From NCBI GenBank assembly GCA_964350495.1, contig CAYGKG010000002.1:786-64785 (forward strand): a DNA stretch of 64,000 nt, read 5' to 3'. The translations under genes and the position numbers were made by a program. Below the pieces are notes generated by a model, which made no database searches, had not been told where the DNA came from, and saw only the letters and a program-made list of their open reading frames with translations. Numbering within the stretch: the stretch's first letter is position 1; each line of letters begins with the position of its first letter. The stretch is from an uncultured Alphaproteobacteria bacterium (lineage in GTDB: Bacteria; Pseudomonadota; Alphaproteobacteria; SHVP01). This document shows positions 1 to 10,091 of the stretch, in pieces.

Positions 1-628
1 TGTAGGCCACGACGGCTGGAATCGCTGCGACGAGACCTAGTGCCGTCGCAAATAGAGCTTCGGCTATACCGGGCGCAACGACTGCGAGGCTGGTGTTCTT
101 GCTCAGCGCAATCGACTGGAAGCTGTTCATGATTCCCCACACGGTGCCGAACAGCCCAATGAACGGTGCGGTCGAGCCGACCGTTGCCAAGAATCCCAAA
201 TAGCGTTCAAGACGATCCAGTTCGCGCGCGATGGTTAACCGCATCACTTGACCGATTCGTTCTTGCACCCCCGTCGATAGTTTGTCGTTGGCAACAAGGC
301 CGTGGGCGCCAGATCTACGCCACTCCCGCATCGCCGAGGCGAACAAAATCGCCATCGGATGGTCGGCTTTGGTCCCAATCCGATCGTAAAGATCTTCGAG
401 CGAGCCACCCGACCAGAACACCTCTTCGAAATCGCTCGCTTTTGCTTTGACCCGACGAATACGACGCACCTTGTCGAAGATGATCGCCCAACACCAAATG
501 GAGGCCCCGACAAGGAGAACAAGGACCAGTTTGACGACGATATCGGCGTGCAAAACGAGACTGAGGATGGAGAGGTCTCCGGAGACCGACCCTGCGATTG
601 CAGCCGCTTCAACTGCTTGTTGTTCCAT
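1..628 (-). CDS. tolQ: Tol-Pal system protein TolQ (partial; C-terminus beyond window start)
   Basis: Minus-strand translation from ATG at 628 gives MEQQAVEAAAIAG...GLFGTVWGIMNSF...VAPGIAEALFATALGLVAAIPAVVAY, the MotA/TolQ/ExbB signature. It sits 12 nt downstream of ybgC as in ybgC-tolQRAB operons. There is no stop in the window, so it is absent from the ORF track. Confidence 0.85.
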   Translation of the reverse strand, partial: MEQQAVEAAAIAGSVSGDLSILSLVLHADIVVKLVLVLLVGASIWCWAIIFDKVRRIRRVKAKASDFEEVFWSGGSLEDLYDRIGTKADHPMAILFASAMREWRRSGAHGLVANDKLSTGVQERIGQVMRLTIARELDRLERYLGFLATVGSTAPFIGLFGTVWGIMNSFQSIALSKNTSLAVVAPGIAEALFATALGLVAAIPAVVAY

Positions 629-640
629 GGTGCTCCCTGG

Positions 641-1108
641 TTAAGACGCGGATTGCGGTTGAGTGATTCGAGCGAAGGCAGCGTTGATCCAGGCCGGTAG
701 GCTCTGAACCCGGCCTTCGCCGTTCATGCAGGCGATCCGCAGGTCGATCGAGACCAAGAGATCGCCGGCGCGGTAGACGTTTTGCAGGACATCCAGCACC
801 GGCCCGCGGACGCGCTCGACACGCGTCCTAACGTCGAGACCGTCGTCAAGCCGCGCTGGCTTGCGGTATTTCACGCTACAGCTCCGAACGACGAAGGAGA
901 GGCCGTCCCGTGATGCCATATGAGAGTGGGTGACCCCCAGCAGACGCATCATGTCGGTCCGCGCACGCTCGACGAACTTCAAATAGTTCGCGTAATACAC
1001 GATGCCCGCGGCATCGGTGTCTTCGTAATAGACGCGCATCGGCAGGTGATGGATCCCCGCGCAATCGATATGTCCCGCACTCGGTTCAGCAGCCAACGAG
1101 TCAACCAT
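641..1108 (-). CDS. ybgC: YbgC-type acyl-CoA thioesterase (4HBT hotdog); true start may be the internal Met near 1039
   Basis: Motif [27 protein letters not shown] matches the YbgC N-terminal region. Position between ruvB and tolQ. Confidence 0.8.
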   Translation of the reverse strand: MVDSLAAEPSAGHIDCAGIHHLPMRVYYEDTDAAGIVYYANYLKFVERARTDMMRLLGVTHSHMASRDGLSFVVRSCSVKYRKPARLDDGLDVRTRVERVRGPVLDVLQNVYRAGDLLVSIDLRIACMNGEGRVQSLPAWINAAFARITQPQSAS

Positions 1109-2156
1109 CGTCGTCCTCGGAAACCGGCATCTCGAGTTGGCGCGACGTCACCGAAGGCGCCGCCAAACCAAGATGGGCAAATGCCGCCGCCGTGAGTTGG
1201 CGCCCGCGCGGCGTGCGCTGCAGGAGCCCTTCCTGAATCAAGAACGGTTCGACGATTTCCTCGATGGCGTCGCGCGGTTCGGACAAAGCCGCTGCCATGG
1301 TCTCGATGCCGACGGGACCGCCCCCGAAGGACTCTGCGATGCACGAGAGATAACGGCGATCCATCGCGTCGAGGCCGCGTTCGTCGACCTCGAGCCGGCG
1401 CAACGCCTCCGACGCGATGACGCGATCGATTCGATCGTGCCCTGCGACGGCGGCGAAATCGCGCACCCGGCGCAGAAGCCTGCCGGCTATCCGCGGCGTG
1501 CCCCGCGACCGGCGGGCAATTTCCATGGAGCCCTCGTCGGTTAGGGGTACGCTGAGAATTCTTGCCCCTCGGCTAACGATCAAAACGAGATCGGCCGTGT
1601 CGTAGAAATTCAACCGGAGCGGAATCCCGAACCTTTCCCGCAATGGTGTCGTCAGAAGGCCAGACCGTGTCGTTGCCCCAACCAACGTAAAGGGTGGCAA
1701 GTCGATCCGAACCGAACGGGCGGCCGGTCCCTCGCCAATGATCAGGTCGAGATGGAAGTCCTCCATAGCGGGATAAAGGATCTCTTCGACGGCGGGGCTT
1801 AGCCGATGGATCTCGTCGATAAAGAGAACGTCGTGCGGTTGCAGGTTCGTCAGGAGCGCGGCGAGATCCCCGGACCGGGCGATCACCGGTCCGGCGGTCG
1901 CGCGAAAACTAACGCCCAACTCACGCGCGACAATTTGAGCGAGCGTGGTCTTTCCCAGGCCGGGCGGCCCGACGAGAAGTACGTGGTCCAGTGCCTCGCT
2001 GCGCGACCGCGCCGCTTCGACGAAAACCCTTAGATTGGCGCAGACTTGACCCTGGCCAACGAAATCGTCCAGCGAGACCGGCCGAATTCCCGGACCGAGG
2101 ACGTCGTCCTCTTGGGCGTCAGCGGCAACAAGCCGGTCCTGGGCGAGGTCGCTCAC
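1101..2156 (-). CDS. ruvB: Holliday junction branch migration helicase RuvB
   Basis: Walker [12 protein letters not shown] and Walker [10 protein letters not shown]; full-length RuvB-like sequence; overlaps ruvA stop. Confidence 0.95.
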   Translation of the reverse strand: MSDLAQDRLVAADAQEDDVLGPGIRPVSLDDFVGQGQVCANLRVFVEAARSRSEALDHVLLVGPPGLGKTTLAQIVARELGVSFRATAGPVIARSGDLAALLTNLQPHDVLFIDEIHRLSPAVEEILYPAMEDFHLDLIIGEGPAARSVRIDLPPFTLVGATTRSGLLTTPLRERFGIPLRLNFYDTADLVLIVSRGARILSVPLTDEGSMEIARRSRGTPRIAGRLLRRVRDFAAVAGHDRIDRVIASEALRRLEVDERGLDAMDRRYLSCIAESFGGGPVGIETMAAALSEPRDAIEEIVEPFLIQEGLLQRTPRGRQLTAAAFAHLGLAAPSVTSRQLEMPVSEDDDG

Positions 2157-2794
2157 GCGACCTTCCCGGTTTGGGCCAGTTCGCGCAACGCGCTGCGGAT
2201 CAGCACTTCTACCTCTAGGTCGCCCGGTTCGTCCCGTGCAACTGCGGCAACCGCAGTAAACGCTTCGACGCGCCGGTATCCCAGGTTGACCAGAGCGGAG
2301 ACAGCGTCCGCAGCAGCGTCACTGACCAACGCGCGCGCGGTTCTTATACCGTCCGCACCCGCGGGCGCGTCCGCAGAGAGCCCTGCGATCAGCACGGGCA
2401 CTTTGTCTTTGAGTTCTGCAACAATGCGTTGAGCCAACTTTGCGCCAACACCGGGCGCTTGGGTAACCGGCGCCTTATCTTGGGCTGCAATCGCTTCGGC
2501 GAGTTGCGCCGGACCGATCACCGACAGAATCGCGATTGCCACCCGCGCGCCCACACCTTGCACGGTTTGCAACAGGCGGAACCAATCGCGCTCGAGCGAA
2601 TCTGAGAACCCATAGAGGTGGATGTGATCTTCTCGGACGTGGGTGTCGACGAGCAGCGTCGCCGCGCCGCCGGGTGGGGGAAGATCCCGAAGCGTGCCTG
2701 CCGGACAGAAAAGGAGATAGCCGACGCCGTTGACGTCGAGCACAGCCCGGTCGGATCCCACCGAATCGACGACACCCTTCAGCTTGGCGATCAT
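2153..2794 (-). CDS. ruvA: Holliday junction DNA helicase RuvA
   Basis: N-terminus MIAKLKGVV...GVGYLLFCP is typical RuvA; ATGA overlap with ruvB. Confidence 0.9.
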   Translation of the reverse strand: MIAKLKGVVDSVGSDRAVLDVNGVGYLLFCPAGTLRDLPPPGGAATLLVDTHVREDHIHLYGFSDSLERDWFRLLQTVQGVGARVAIAILSVIGPAQLAEAIAAQDKAPVTQAPGVGAKLAQRIVAELKDKVPVLIAGLSADAPAGADGIRTARALVSDAAADAVSALVNLGYRRVEAFTAVAAVARDEPGDLEVEVLIRSALRELAQTGKVA

Positions 2795-3300
2795 CGCCTT
2801 CGCTCCGCGATTTCCTTGCGCAATGTGTTGCGTACCGGCAGGTGGTGGCCATGGCAGATTGCGACAGCCAAAGCATCTGCCGAATCGCTGCTGTCGATGC
2901 TGACCCCGGGCAAGAGGTGCGACACCATCATTTGAATTTGTTTCTTGTCGGCGTGCCCGGTTCCAACGACGGTTTTCTTGACCAGATTGGCGGCATACTC
3001 GCCCACGGGAATGCCCAGCGTGGCCGGTGCAAGCATCGCTGCACCGCGGGCCTGACCGAGTTTGAGGGTGCTGTCGGGGTTTTTGTTGACGAAGGTTTCC
3101 TCGATGGCGGCGGCGTCGGGAGCGATCTGCTCAACGACATCGACAACACCGCGGAAGATCTCGTAGAGACGCTCGGCAAGGGACGCGCTCGCAGTTGTTC
3201 GAATTGTACCGTTCGCAATATGGCGGAGCCGCCCCTCGTCGAGGGAGATCGCCCCCCACCCGGTCGCCCGCAGCCCAGGGTCAAGCCCCAGCAAAATCAT
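2791..3300 (-). CDS. ruvC: Crossover junction endodeoxyribonuclease RuvC
   Basis: MILLGLDPGLRATGWG catalytic N-terminus; ruvCAB order. Confidence 0.9.
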   Translation of the reverse strand: MILLGLDPGLRATGWGAISLDEGRLRHIANGTIRTTASASLAERLYEIFRGVVDVVEQIAPDAAAIEETFVNKNPDSTLKLGQARGAAMLAPATLGIPVGEYAANLVKKTVVGTGHADKKQIQMMVSHLLPGVSIDSSDSADALAVAICHGHHLPVRNTLRKEIAERRR

Positions 3301-3309
3301 CTGCGCGTC

Positions 3310-4074
3310 CTATCCGCCAAGGCTTTCCAACTCGGCGTCGCTGACGTCGTAGTTGGCCGACACGCTCTGAACGTCGTCACTGTCATCCAGCGCTTCGATC
3401 AGCTTGAACAGCCCCCGGGCCTGATCGCCCTCGACCGGCACCGTGTTGCTCGGGCGCCACATCATCTCAGCCGATTGTGGGTCGCCCAATTTGGCTTGGA
3501 GCGCTTCGCGAACTTCGTAGAACGCGTCAGGCGCGCAAAGAAACTCATGCAATTCCGCATCGGATTCGACCTCGTCGGCGCCGACGTCAATCGCGATTTC
3601 AAGAACGTCATCCGCCGTCGCGACGGCTGCTTCGTAGCGAATCGAGCCTACCCGATTGAACTGAAACGAGACCGAGTTTGTTTCGCCCAGCGAACCGCCG
3701 TTCTTCGTAAAAGCGCTGCGCACTTCACTGGCGGTGCGATTGCGGTTGTCGGTCAGGGCTTCGACGATGACCGCGACGCCGCCAGGTCCATAGCCCTCGT
3801 AGCGAATCTCCTCGAAATTCTCCCCGTCAGTTTCCCCCGACCCGCGTTTGATGGCCCGCTCCATCGTGTCTTTGGGCAAGTTCGCCGCCTTCGCCGCCGC
3901 AATAGCGCTACGAAGCCGCGGGTTGGCAGCAGGGTCGGGTTGTCCGGAACGCGCGGCAACCGTTAGCTCGCGAATGAGCTTTCCGAATACTTTAGCGCGC
4001 TTCGCATCCTGCGCGCCTTTTCGAAACATGATGTTCTTGAATTGGGAATGACCGGCCATACTCGGGAATGCCAC
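3310..4074 (-). CDS. YebC/PmpR family transcriptional regulator
   Basis: [28 protein letters not shown]... is the canonical YebC start; upstream of ruvC as in many bacteria. Confidence 0.9.
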   Translation of the reverse strand: MAFPSMAGHSQFKNIMFRKGAQDAKRAKVFGKLIRELTVAARSGQPDPAANPRLRSAIAAAKAANLPKDTMERAIKRGSGETDGENFEEIRYEGYGPGGVAVIVEALTDNRNRTASEVRSAFTKNGGSLGETNSVSFQFNRVGSIRYEAAVATADDVLEIAIDVGADEVESDAELHEFLCAPDAFYEVREALQAKLGDPQSAEMMWRPSNTVPVEGDQARGLFKLIEALDDSDDVQSVSANYDVSDAELESLGG

Positions 4075-4190
4075 TCTAATGCTGGTGAGACAATATCCGG
4101 TTTATACCAGATATTGTGCGAGAAGCAGCCAGCGACAGGCGCCCCAACGGCTGACTTATCGGGGGTTTATGGCGATATTGCGGCAGCGAC

Positions 4191-5003
4191 CTAGGAAACA
4201 GGAGACGCCGGAGCGAGCCGACCACCCAGCCGGACCGGCGCAACCGATGTCGCGAGACCGGTCTGGTCGCTAGTTTCGACGTAAACGCCGCACAGAGTTG
4301 CCTCCCCCAACGCAGGGGTCATGCGGGCCCGCACGACCCGCCCCGCAAAGCGATCAAGCGGTACGTTTTTATCCATGCCAATGACCGAATCATAGTCACC
4401 ACACATACCGGCATCCGTCTGATAGGCGGTTCCACCGCTTAGAATCATGGCATCCGCAGTAGGCACCTGCTGATGGGAACCGAATACAGCGCTCACACGG
4501 CCGTCCAGGAAATGCCCCATCGCCATTTTCTCGCTGGTCGCTTCGGCATGGAAATCCACCAGAATGAAATGAACCGTCGCGCCGAGGCGGACATTGGCCA
4601 GCGCCTTGTCGACCGCACGAAAGGGGCTATCGTTGGGCTCCATGAATACCTGCCCCTGAAGGTTGATCACCATCACCTTGCGGCCTGCAAGGTCGTAGAT
4701 TTGACTACCCCGCCCGGGGGCGTCCGGCGCGATGTTGAGCGGACGCAACAGCCGACTATCGCCGTCGATATAGCCAATGACCTGCTGTTGATCCCAGCTG
4801 TGGTTACCACCGGTCACGATGTCGACGCCGGCAGCGTAGAACTGCCGGCAGATTTCCTCGGTAATGCCAAATCCACCGGCGGCGTTCTCACCGTTGACCA
4901 CAACCAGATCGAGACTCAACCGGGCCCTTAGGTCTGCAACGTTGTCGATGACGGCGTCGCGGCCTGCGCGCCCAACGACATCGCCTAAGAACAAGCACTT
5001 CAT
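4191..5003 (-). CDS. YmdB-like metallophosphoesterase (TIGR00282)
   Basis: MKCLFLGDVVGRAGR...VVVNGENAAGGFGIT...GGNHSWD metallophosphatase motifs. Confidence 0.75.
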   Translation of the reverse strand: MKCLFLGDVVGRAGRDAVIDNVADLRARLSLDLVVVNGENAAGGFGITEEICRQFYAAGVDIVTGGNHSWDQQQVIGYIDGDSRLLRPLNIAPDAPGRGSQIYDLAGRKVMVINLQGQVFMEPNDSPFRAVDKALANVRLGATVHFILVDFHAEATSEKMAMGHFLDGRVSAVFGSHQQVPTADAMILSGGTAYQTDAGMCGDYDSVIGMDKNVPLDRFAGRVVRARMTPALGEATLCGVYVETSDQTGLATSVAPVRLGGRLAPASPVS

Positions 5004-5004
5004 A

Positions 5005-5592
5005 TCAAAACCACTCCACTCCAGCTTCGGTCACGACCGCGTCCAGTCGCTGATCGGTCGGCAGCGCCGGCAGCGCCTCGATTCGCTGCGCCGCGTACGC
5101 AACCCCTACTGCCAGTATCGTCGATACGCCGCGCAGTTCTGCCAACGTGCGGTCGTAAAAGCCCTTGCCCGAACCGAGCCGGTGGCCAACGCCATCGAAT
5201 AGCACAAGAGGTACGATGACCAAGGTCGGGCGCAACGGCGCAGCGCTCCGGAGCGGCACCGGAATCCCGTAGGGTCCCGGCTCCAGGTCATCGGCGTCAC
5301 CCCACGCCCGGAAATGCAGGGGGCGACCTTCTGCCACGACACACGGCAACGCTACCGCGAGACGCTCGGCCCTGAGCGCGCGCAGGAGCGGCCGATCATC
5401 GATTTCGCCGCCGACCGGCCAATAGCCCGACACGATCTTATGCTCGCGGTAGGGGATGCTCGACATAAAGCGCTCGGCGAGACGCGAGCCTGAATCGTTT
5501 TCCCCGGCCGAGACCGTGGCACGACGGCGACGGCCTTCCCGACGCAACGTTTCGCGGCTATCCATGGCTGGGATGTTGTGGGGCGAGACCAC
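5005..5592 (-). CDS. 5-formyltetrahydrofolate cyclo-ligase (MTHFS/YgfA); start possibly the internal Met at 5565
   Basis: C-terminal VPLVLFDGVGHRLGSGKGFYDRTL motif of 5-FTHF cyclo-ligase. Confidence 0.8.
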   Translation of the reverse strand: MVSPHNIPAMDSRETLRREGRRRRATVSAGENDSGSRLAERFMSSIPYREHKIVSGYWPVGGEIDDRPLLRALRAERLAVALPCVVAEGRPLHFRAWGDADDLEPGPYGIPVPLRSAAPLRPTLVIVPLVLFDGVGHRLGSGKGFYDRTLAELRGVSTILAVGVAYAAQRIEALPALPTDQRLDAVVTEAGVEWF

Positions 5593-5752
5593 TACGGCCG
5601 TCCGGATCTTTCGTTCCTCTGTGGCCTGCCGAGGCAGGTGGGTGCCGCGATACCGGGACCACAGTCCCGACAGAGGCAGCTCCCGGAGAAAACGGTATTG
5701 GCCCCAGGGATACGTGGCCGATCGAACCGAGCAGAACTCGCCCGCCCCTAAT
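5572..5752 (-). ncRNA. ssrS: Candidate 6S RNA (SsrS) between zapA and ygfA
   Basis: A roughly 160-180 nt non-coding gap lies exactly where 6S RNA is found (zapA-ssrS-ygfA). Minus-strand 5' GGGCGAG (5737-5743) can pair with CTCGCCC (5581-5587) as a terminal closing stem. No covariance model was run. Confidence 0.35.
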
Positions 5753-5754
5753 TT

Positions 5755-6084
5755 CTAGCCGCTCTCCAGCCGAGCGGCAATGTTCTCGATTCTGCTGGCG
5801 AACGCGGCAAAGGTCGATTCGACCTCTCCAGCGCGCTCTTCGTGGCCTTCTTCGAGCGTTTGCTTCAGGGAATCGACCGACTCGAGCGACTCCGACAGCT
5901 CGTCCGCGACCAACAGTGCCGCCATCAAGATAAGGCGGGCATCGCCCACCTGACCCATGGTCTTGGCCAACTCCGCGACGCGCTTGTCGACATATCGGGC
6001 CAGATCGACCAGGTGATCCTCTTGTCCGTCGTCGCACGCGACCTGATAGGTCCGACCGTTGACGACCACGTCTACAACCGCCAT
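5755..6084 (-). CDS. zapA: Cell division protein ZapA
   Basis: MAVVDVVVNGRTYQVACDDGQEDHL... matches the ZapA family. Confidence 0.8.
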   Translation of the reverse strand: MAVVDVVVNGRTYQVACDDGQEDHLVDLARYVDKRVAELAKTMGQVGDARLILMAALLVADELSESLESVDSLKQTLEEGHEERAGEVESTFAAFASRIENIAARLESG

Positions 6085-6088
6085 CGGG

Positions 6089-6370
6089 CTATGCTTCCAA
6101 AACCGCCCGTAGGCGCTCGATGGTGGCGTCGAGCCGGTCGGTCACCTGATCGACCACCTTTTCCAGCGCCTTGTAGTCGTCCTGGAGGCTTTGAAGTTGC
6201 CGCGTGACCGCCGTGTGTTCCGTGCGCAACGCTCCCAGTTCGTCGGACAATTGGGCACGTTCTTTTTCTAGCTCCGATGTCTTCGGACCATCGGCAACAC
6301 CGGCGATAGCGGTCTCGAGACGGGCGACCGCTTCTTCCAACCGGTTTTTTGCAGACTCGCGCTCGGGCAT
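6089..6370 (-). CDS. DUF4164-like coiled-coil protein
   Basis: 93-aa entirely helical, charged coiled-coil sequence; alphaproteobacterial position upstream of zapA. Confidence 0.55.
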   Translation of the reverse strand: MPERESAKNRLEEAVARLETAIAGVADGPKTSELEKERAQLSDELGALRTEHTAVTRQLQSLQDDYKALEKVVDQVTDRLDATIERLRAVLEA

Positions 6371-6658
6371 CTCCGCGTACCAGCTTTCTAAGTTAATGTT
6401 GTTTGCGTTTCTTTTCGGGCGCTTCGAGCGCGCTTTTCATGGATCAGGATAGGCGGCGCTGTGCGCGGGCGTCAACATTACTGCGACGATCGGCGTGCCG
6501 CGTCGATCGAGCACACGAAGTCGGTTGACGCCAATGGTCCCGCCCTTCATCTTGCGCCTCGCCTGCAACGCCAGCCGGGCGGCTCCGTGAACGCAAAAAA
6601 GACCCATTCTTTTCCTACCGAGGACGCCCGCGAGCCCTCTAGCGCTGAGGTGCGTGCG

Positions 6659-8620
6659 ATGGCGAACGCCATCCGAGCGTTGGCGATGGACGCGGTCGAA
6701 CGAGCCAATAGCGGGCATCCGGGTATGCCGATGGGTATGGCCGATGTTGCGACGGTGCTTTTCTCCAAGTTTCTGAAATTCGACCCGGATTGGCCGGATT
6801 GGCCCGACCGAGATCGTTTTGTCCTGTCGGCCGGCCACGGCTCCATGTTGCTGTACGGCCTGCTCTACCTCACCGGCTACCAGGACATGACGCTGGACGA
6901 GTTGAAGCATTTTCGCCAACTCGGGAGCCGCACGCCGGGACATCCCGAGTTTGGCGCGACGCCAGGGATCGAAACGACGACCGGGCCACTGGGCCAGGGG
7001 TTGGCGACAGCGGTCGGCATGGCTTTGGCCGAACGCCTCCAAAACGCGCGGTTCGGAAACGAGATTGTCGATCATCGGACCTGGGTCATCGCCGGCGATG
7101 GCTGTTTGATGGAGGGGATCAGCCATGAAGCCGTTTCAATGGCGGGCCATTTTCGGTTGGGCCGACTGATCGTTCTGTTCGACGACAACAGCATTTCGAT
7201 CGACGGCGCGACGTCCCTCTCGGTCAACGACGATCAACTGGCGCGCTTTGCAGCGTCGGGTTGGCATGTAGAACGGGCCGACGGTCACGACCCTACCGAT
7301 ATCGCCCGCGCGATCGCGGCGGCGACCGAGGATCCGCGACCGTCGCTGGTCGCCTGTCGAACGATTATCGGATTTGGCGCGCCGAACAAACAAGGCACCG
7401 CCGCAACGCATGGCTCACCTTTGGGCGCCGCGGAGATCGCCGACGCTCGCAAGACCTTGAATTGGCCCCATGCCCCGTTCGATATCCCGCCCGACATCCT
7501 GGATCGATGGCGCACCGTTGGTGGCCGCGGGCGTGGACAGTCGCGAGCCTGGCTGCAACGGCTCCGCGCCCTCGACAAGGCAACCCGTGAAACGTGGCAG
7601 GCTGCCCTAGCTGGCGATACCACGCCGGTCGGCGATGCCGTACTCGCCTACAAGAAGCGGTTGGCGAACGACAGGCCGACCTGGGCCACGCGGAAGTCCT
7701 CCCAAGAGGCCCTTGAGATCATCAATGCGGCGCTCGATACGACAATCGGTGGGTCTGCAGACTTGACCGGATCGAACAACACAAAGACCAAGAACCTTGA
7801 CGTCGTGACCCCCGACGATTTCAGCGGTCGCTACTTGCACTACGGCGTTCGGGAACACGGCATGGCGGCCGCCATGAATGGCCTCGCCCTGCATGGCGGC
7901 TTCATTCCATATGGCGGCACGTTCCTGGTGTTCACCGACTACCTGCGGCCGGCCTTGCGACTGTCCGCTCTGATGAAGCAACGGGTCATTTATGTGATGA
8001 CTCACGATTCGATCGGGCTCGGCGAAGACGGGCCGACCCACCAGCCAGTCGAACATCTGGCCAGCGTTCGCGCCATGCCAAACGTCGTCACGATGCGTCC
8101 TGCCGATGCCATCGAGACCGCCGAGTGCTGGCAAGTTGCGATCGAGCGTGCTGACGGGCCCTCCGTAATCGCGCTGTCGCGACAGGCGTTGCGAGCGGTT
8201 CGTGTCGATCACGTTGAGGACAATCTATGCCGCAAAGGCGCGTACGAACTGGCGCCGGCCGAAGGCACTGCAGTCGTAACGTTGTTTGCGACAGGATCCG
8301 AGGTGCCCGTCGCCTTGGATGCACGCGATCTCCTCGCTGCTGCCGGTCATCCGACTCGCGTCGTCTCCGTGCCGTCCTGGGAACTGTTCCAGGAACAACC
8401 TGCAGATTACCGCTGCGCGGTCATTGGGCGCGATACGCTTCGCGTGGCCGTGGAGGCAGGGGTTCGGATGGGCTGGGAAGCGTTCATCGGAGAGAATGGA
8501 ATTTTTGTTGGCATGGCGTCGTTCGGCGATTCAGCACCGGCCGAGGCCCTTTACGAGCACTTCGGAATTTCGGCGCACGCCATCGCCAAGCGTGTGACCG
8601 ACCAACTTGCGAATACCTAG
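6659..8620 (+). CDS. tkt: Transketolase
   Basis: [12 protein letters not shown]... and TPP-binding motifs. The ORF is open from 6461, but Tkt homology begins at [11 protein letters not shown] (ATG at 6659). Confidence 0.9.
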   Translation: MANAIRALAMDAVERANSGHPGMPMGMADVATVLFSKFLKFDPDWPDWPDRDRFVLSAGHGSMLLYGLLYLTGYQDMTLDELKHFRQLGSRTPGHPEFGATPGIETTTGPLGQGLATAVGMALAERLQNARFGNEIVDHRTWVIAGDGCLMEGISHEAVSMAGHFRLGRLIVLFDDNSISIDGATSLSVNDDQLARFAASGWHVERADGHDPTDIARAIAAATEDPRPSLVACRTIIGFGAPNKQGTAATHGSPLGAAEIADARKTLNWPHAPFDIPPDILDRWRTVGGRGRGQSRAWLQRLRALDKATRETWQAALAGDTTPVGDAVLAYKKRLANDRPTWATRKSSQEALEIINAALDTTIGGSADLTGSNNTKTKNLDVVTPDDFSGRYLHYGVREHGMAAAMNGLALHGGFIPYGGTFLVFTDYLRPALRLSALMKQRVIYVMTHDSIGLGEDGPTHQPVEHLASVRAMPNVVTMRPADAIETAECWQVAIERADGPSVIALSRQALRAVRVDHVEDNLCRKGAYELAPAEGTAVVTLFATGSEVPVALDARDLLAAAGHPTRVVSVPSWELFQEQPADYRCAVIGRDTLRVAVEAGVRMGWEAFIGENGIFVGMASFGDSAPAEALYEHFGISAHAIAKRVTDQLANT

Positions 8621-8633
8621 GGAGGAAGATGGA

Positions 8634-9641
8634 ATGCCGACTCGCGTGGCAATTAATGGGTTTGGAAGGATCGGGCGCCTAGTCTTGCGCGCCATCCACG
8701 ACTCGAAACGAAAAGACCTGAAGGTCGTCGCGATCAACGACCTCGGTCCGGTCGACGCGAACGCCCATCTCCTGCGCCACGATTCGGTTCACGGCCCCTT
8801 TCAAGGAACGGTGAAGGCCTACAAAGACGGGCTCGATATCGGTGGCGGCAAGATCGCAGTTTTCGCAGAACGCGATCCGGTCGTATTGCCGTGGGGCAAG
8901 TTAAAGGTCGACCTGGTCCTGGAGTGCACAGGCATCTTTACCAAGCGGGAACAGGCCGAAGCGCACATCAAGGCGGGAGCCCGCCGGGTTCTGATCTCAG
9001 CGCCGGCGACCGGTGCCGATCTGACGGTTGTTTATGGGGTCAACCACGACAAGTTGCGCAAGGGCATGACCATCATCTCCAACGCATCGTGCACCACGAA
9101 CTGCCTTGCACCGGTCGCAAAGGTCCTCAATGACACTGTCGGGATCGACCAGGGCTATATGACGACAGTCCACGCCTATACCGGCGATCAGCCGGTCCAC
9201 GACACGCTCCATAAGGATTTTCGTCGGGCGCGCGCGGCCAATCTCTCGATGATTCCGACATCGACGGGGGCGGCCCGCGCTGTGGGATTGGTGCTGCCGG
9301 AACTTGAGGGCAGATTGGATGGGACATCGATCCGCGTGCCGACCGCCAATGTATCGATGATCGATTTCCACTTCACATCCAAGAGAAAGACGAGCATCGA
9401 CGAAATCCACGCGGCAATCGGCAAAGCCGCGCGCGGCAAAATGAAAGGCGTCTTGGCGACCAACGACGAACCGTTGGTGTCGATCGATTTCAATCACAAC
9501 CCGGCGAGCGCGACGTTCGATTTGACCCAGACCCAGGTGATGGGCGGCAAACTTTGTCGCGTATTGTCGTGGTACGACAACGAGTGGGGCTTTTCCAACC
9601 GTATGGCCGACACCGCGACGGCGATCGGCAAGCTGGGATAG
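8634..9641 (+). CDS. gap: Glyceraldehyde-3-phosphate dehydrogenase
   Basis: MPTRVAINGFGRIGR and the SNASCTTNCLAP active site; RBS GGAGG at 8621-8625. Confidence 0.95.
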   Translation: MPTRVAINGFGRIGRLVLRAIHDSKRKDLKVVAINDLGPVDANAHLLRHDSVHGPFQGTVKAYKDGLDIGGGKIAVFAERDPVVLPWGKLKVDLVLECTGIFTKREQAEAHIKAGARRVLISAPATGADLTVVYGVNHDKLRKGMTIISNASCTTNCLAPVAKVLNDTVGIDQGYMTTVHAYTGDQPVHDTLHKDFRRARAANLSMIPTSTGAARAVGLVLPELEGRLDGTSIRVPTANVSMIDFHFTSKRKTSIDEIHAAIGKAARGKMKGVLATNDEPLVSIDFNHNPASATFDLTQTQVMGGKLCRVLSWYDNEWGFSNRMADTATAIGKLG

Positions 9642-9787
9642 CGGAGATATTGTCCGCGGCCTTCACGTTCTACTCACGTCGGCACGTCACTGCCGCCTTG
9701 GAAGCGGCCGCGACGATCGATCGCCGCGTGACACTGGTGACGCCGCCGAACGGCGCAACGTCCGCCGGGCCCGAGGTCTATTTTGAA

Positions 9788-10066
9788 ATGATGCAAGCCG
9801 GACGCGCCGATGTCCCCCAGGCATCGGCCGACGCAATTGTCGATTGCGGCAGCGATGCCGGCACGGTCATGCGCGCCCTGCGGTGCGGTTGGCGGACCCT
9901 ACGGTATTCAGGAGACCGAGCGACGCATGCCAAGCTCGCAGAAATGGCCAACCAACTGGGCGGCGCGATCGAGCGCGCGCTACCCGCCACGATCGACCTA
10001 CACGCGGCACGAGATCCGTCATGGTTCTGCCGGCACACCCTTTCGGCCACCAACCCGACACAATGA
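9788..10066 (+). CDS. Hypothetical small protein in the slot usually occupied by pgk (the frame is open from a TTG at 9650)
   Basis: Open frame between gap and fba with protein-like composition; no family recognised. Confidence 0.3.
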   Translation: MMQAGRADVPQASADAIVDCGSDAGTVMRALRCGWRTLRYSGDRATHAKLAEMANQLGGAIERALPATIDLHAARDPSWFCRHTLSATNPTQ

Positions 10067-10091
10067 ACGATAGCGAAAAACGGAGCGAACG

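Noticed and set aside
2842-3966. 374-aa plus-strand ORF
   Set aside because: Antisense shadow spanning the whole of ruvC and most of yebC.
6461-6658. 66-codon N-terminal extension of transketolase in the ORF track
   Set aside because: Tkt homology starts at [11 protein letters not shown] (6659). The extension is Arg/Pro-rich GC-shadow sequence.
6785-6810. Short tandem DNA repeat CCGGATTGGCCGGATTGGCCCGAC
   Set aside because: It simply encodes the DPDWPDWPD stretch of transketolase and is not a regulatory or CRISPR-like repeat.
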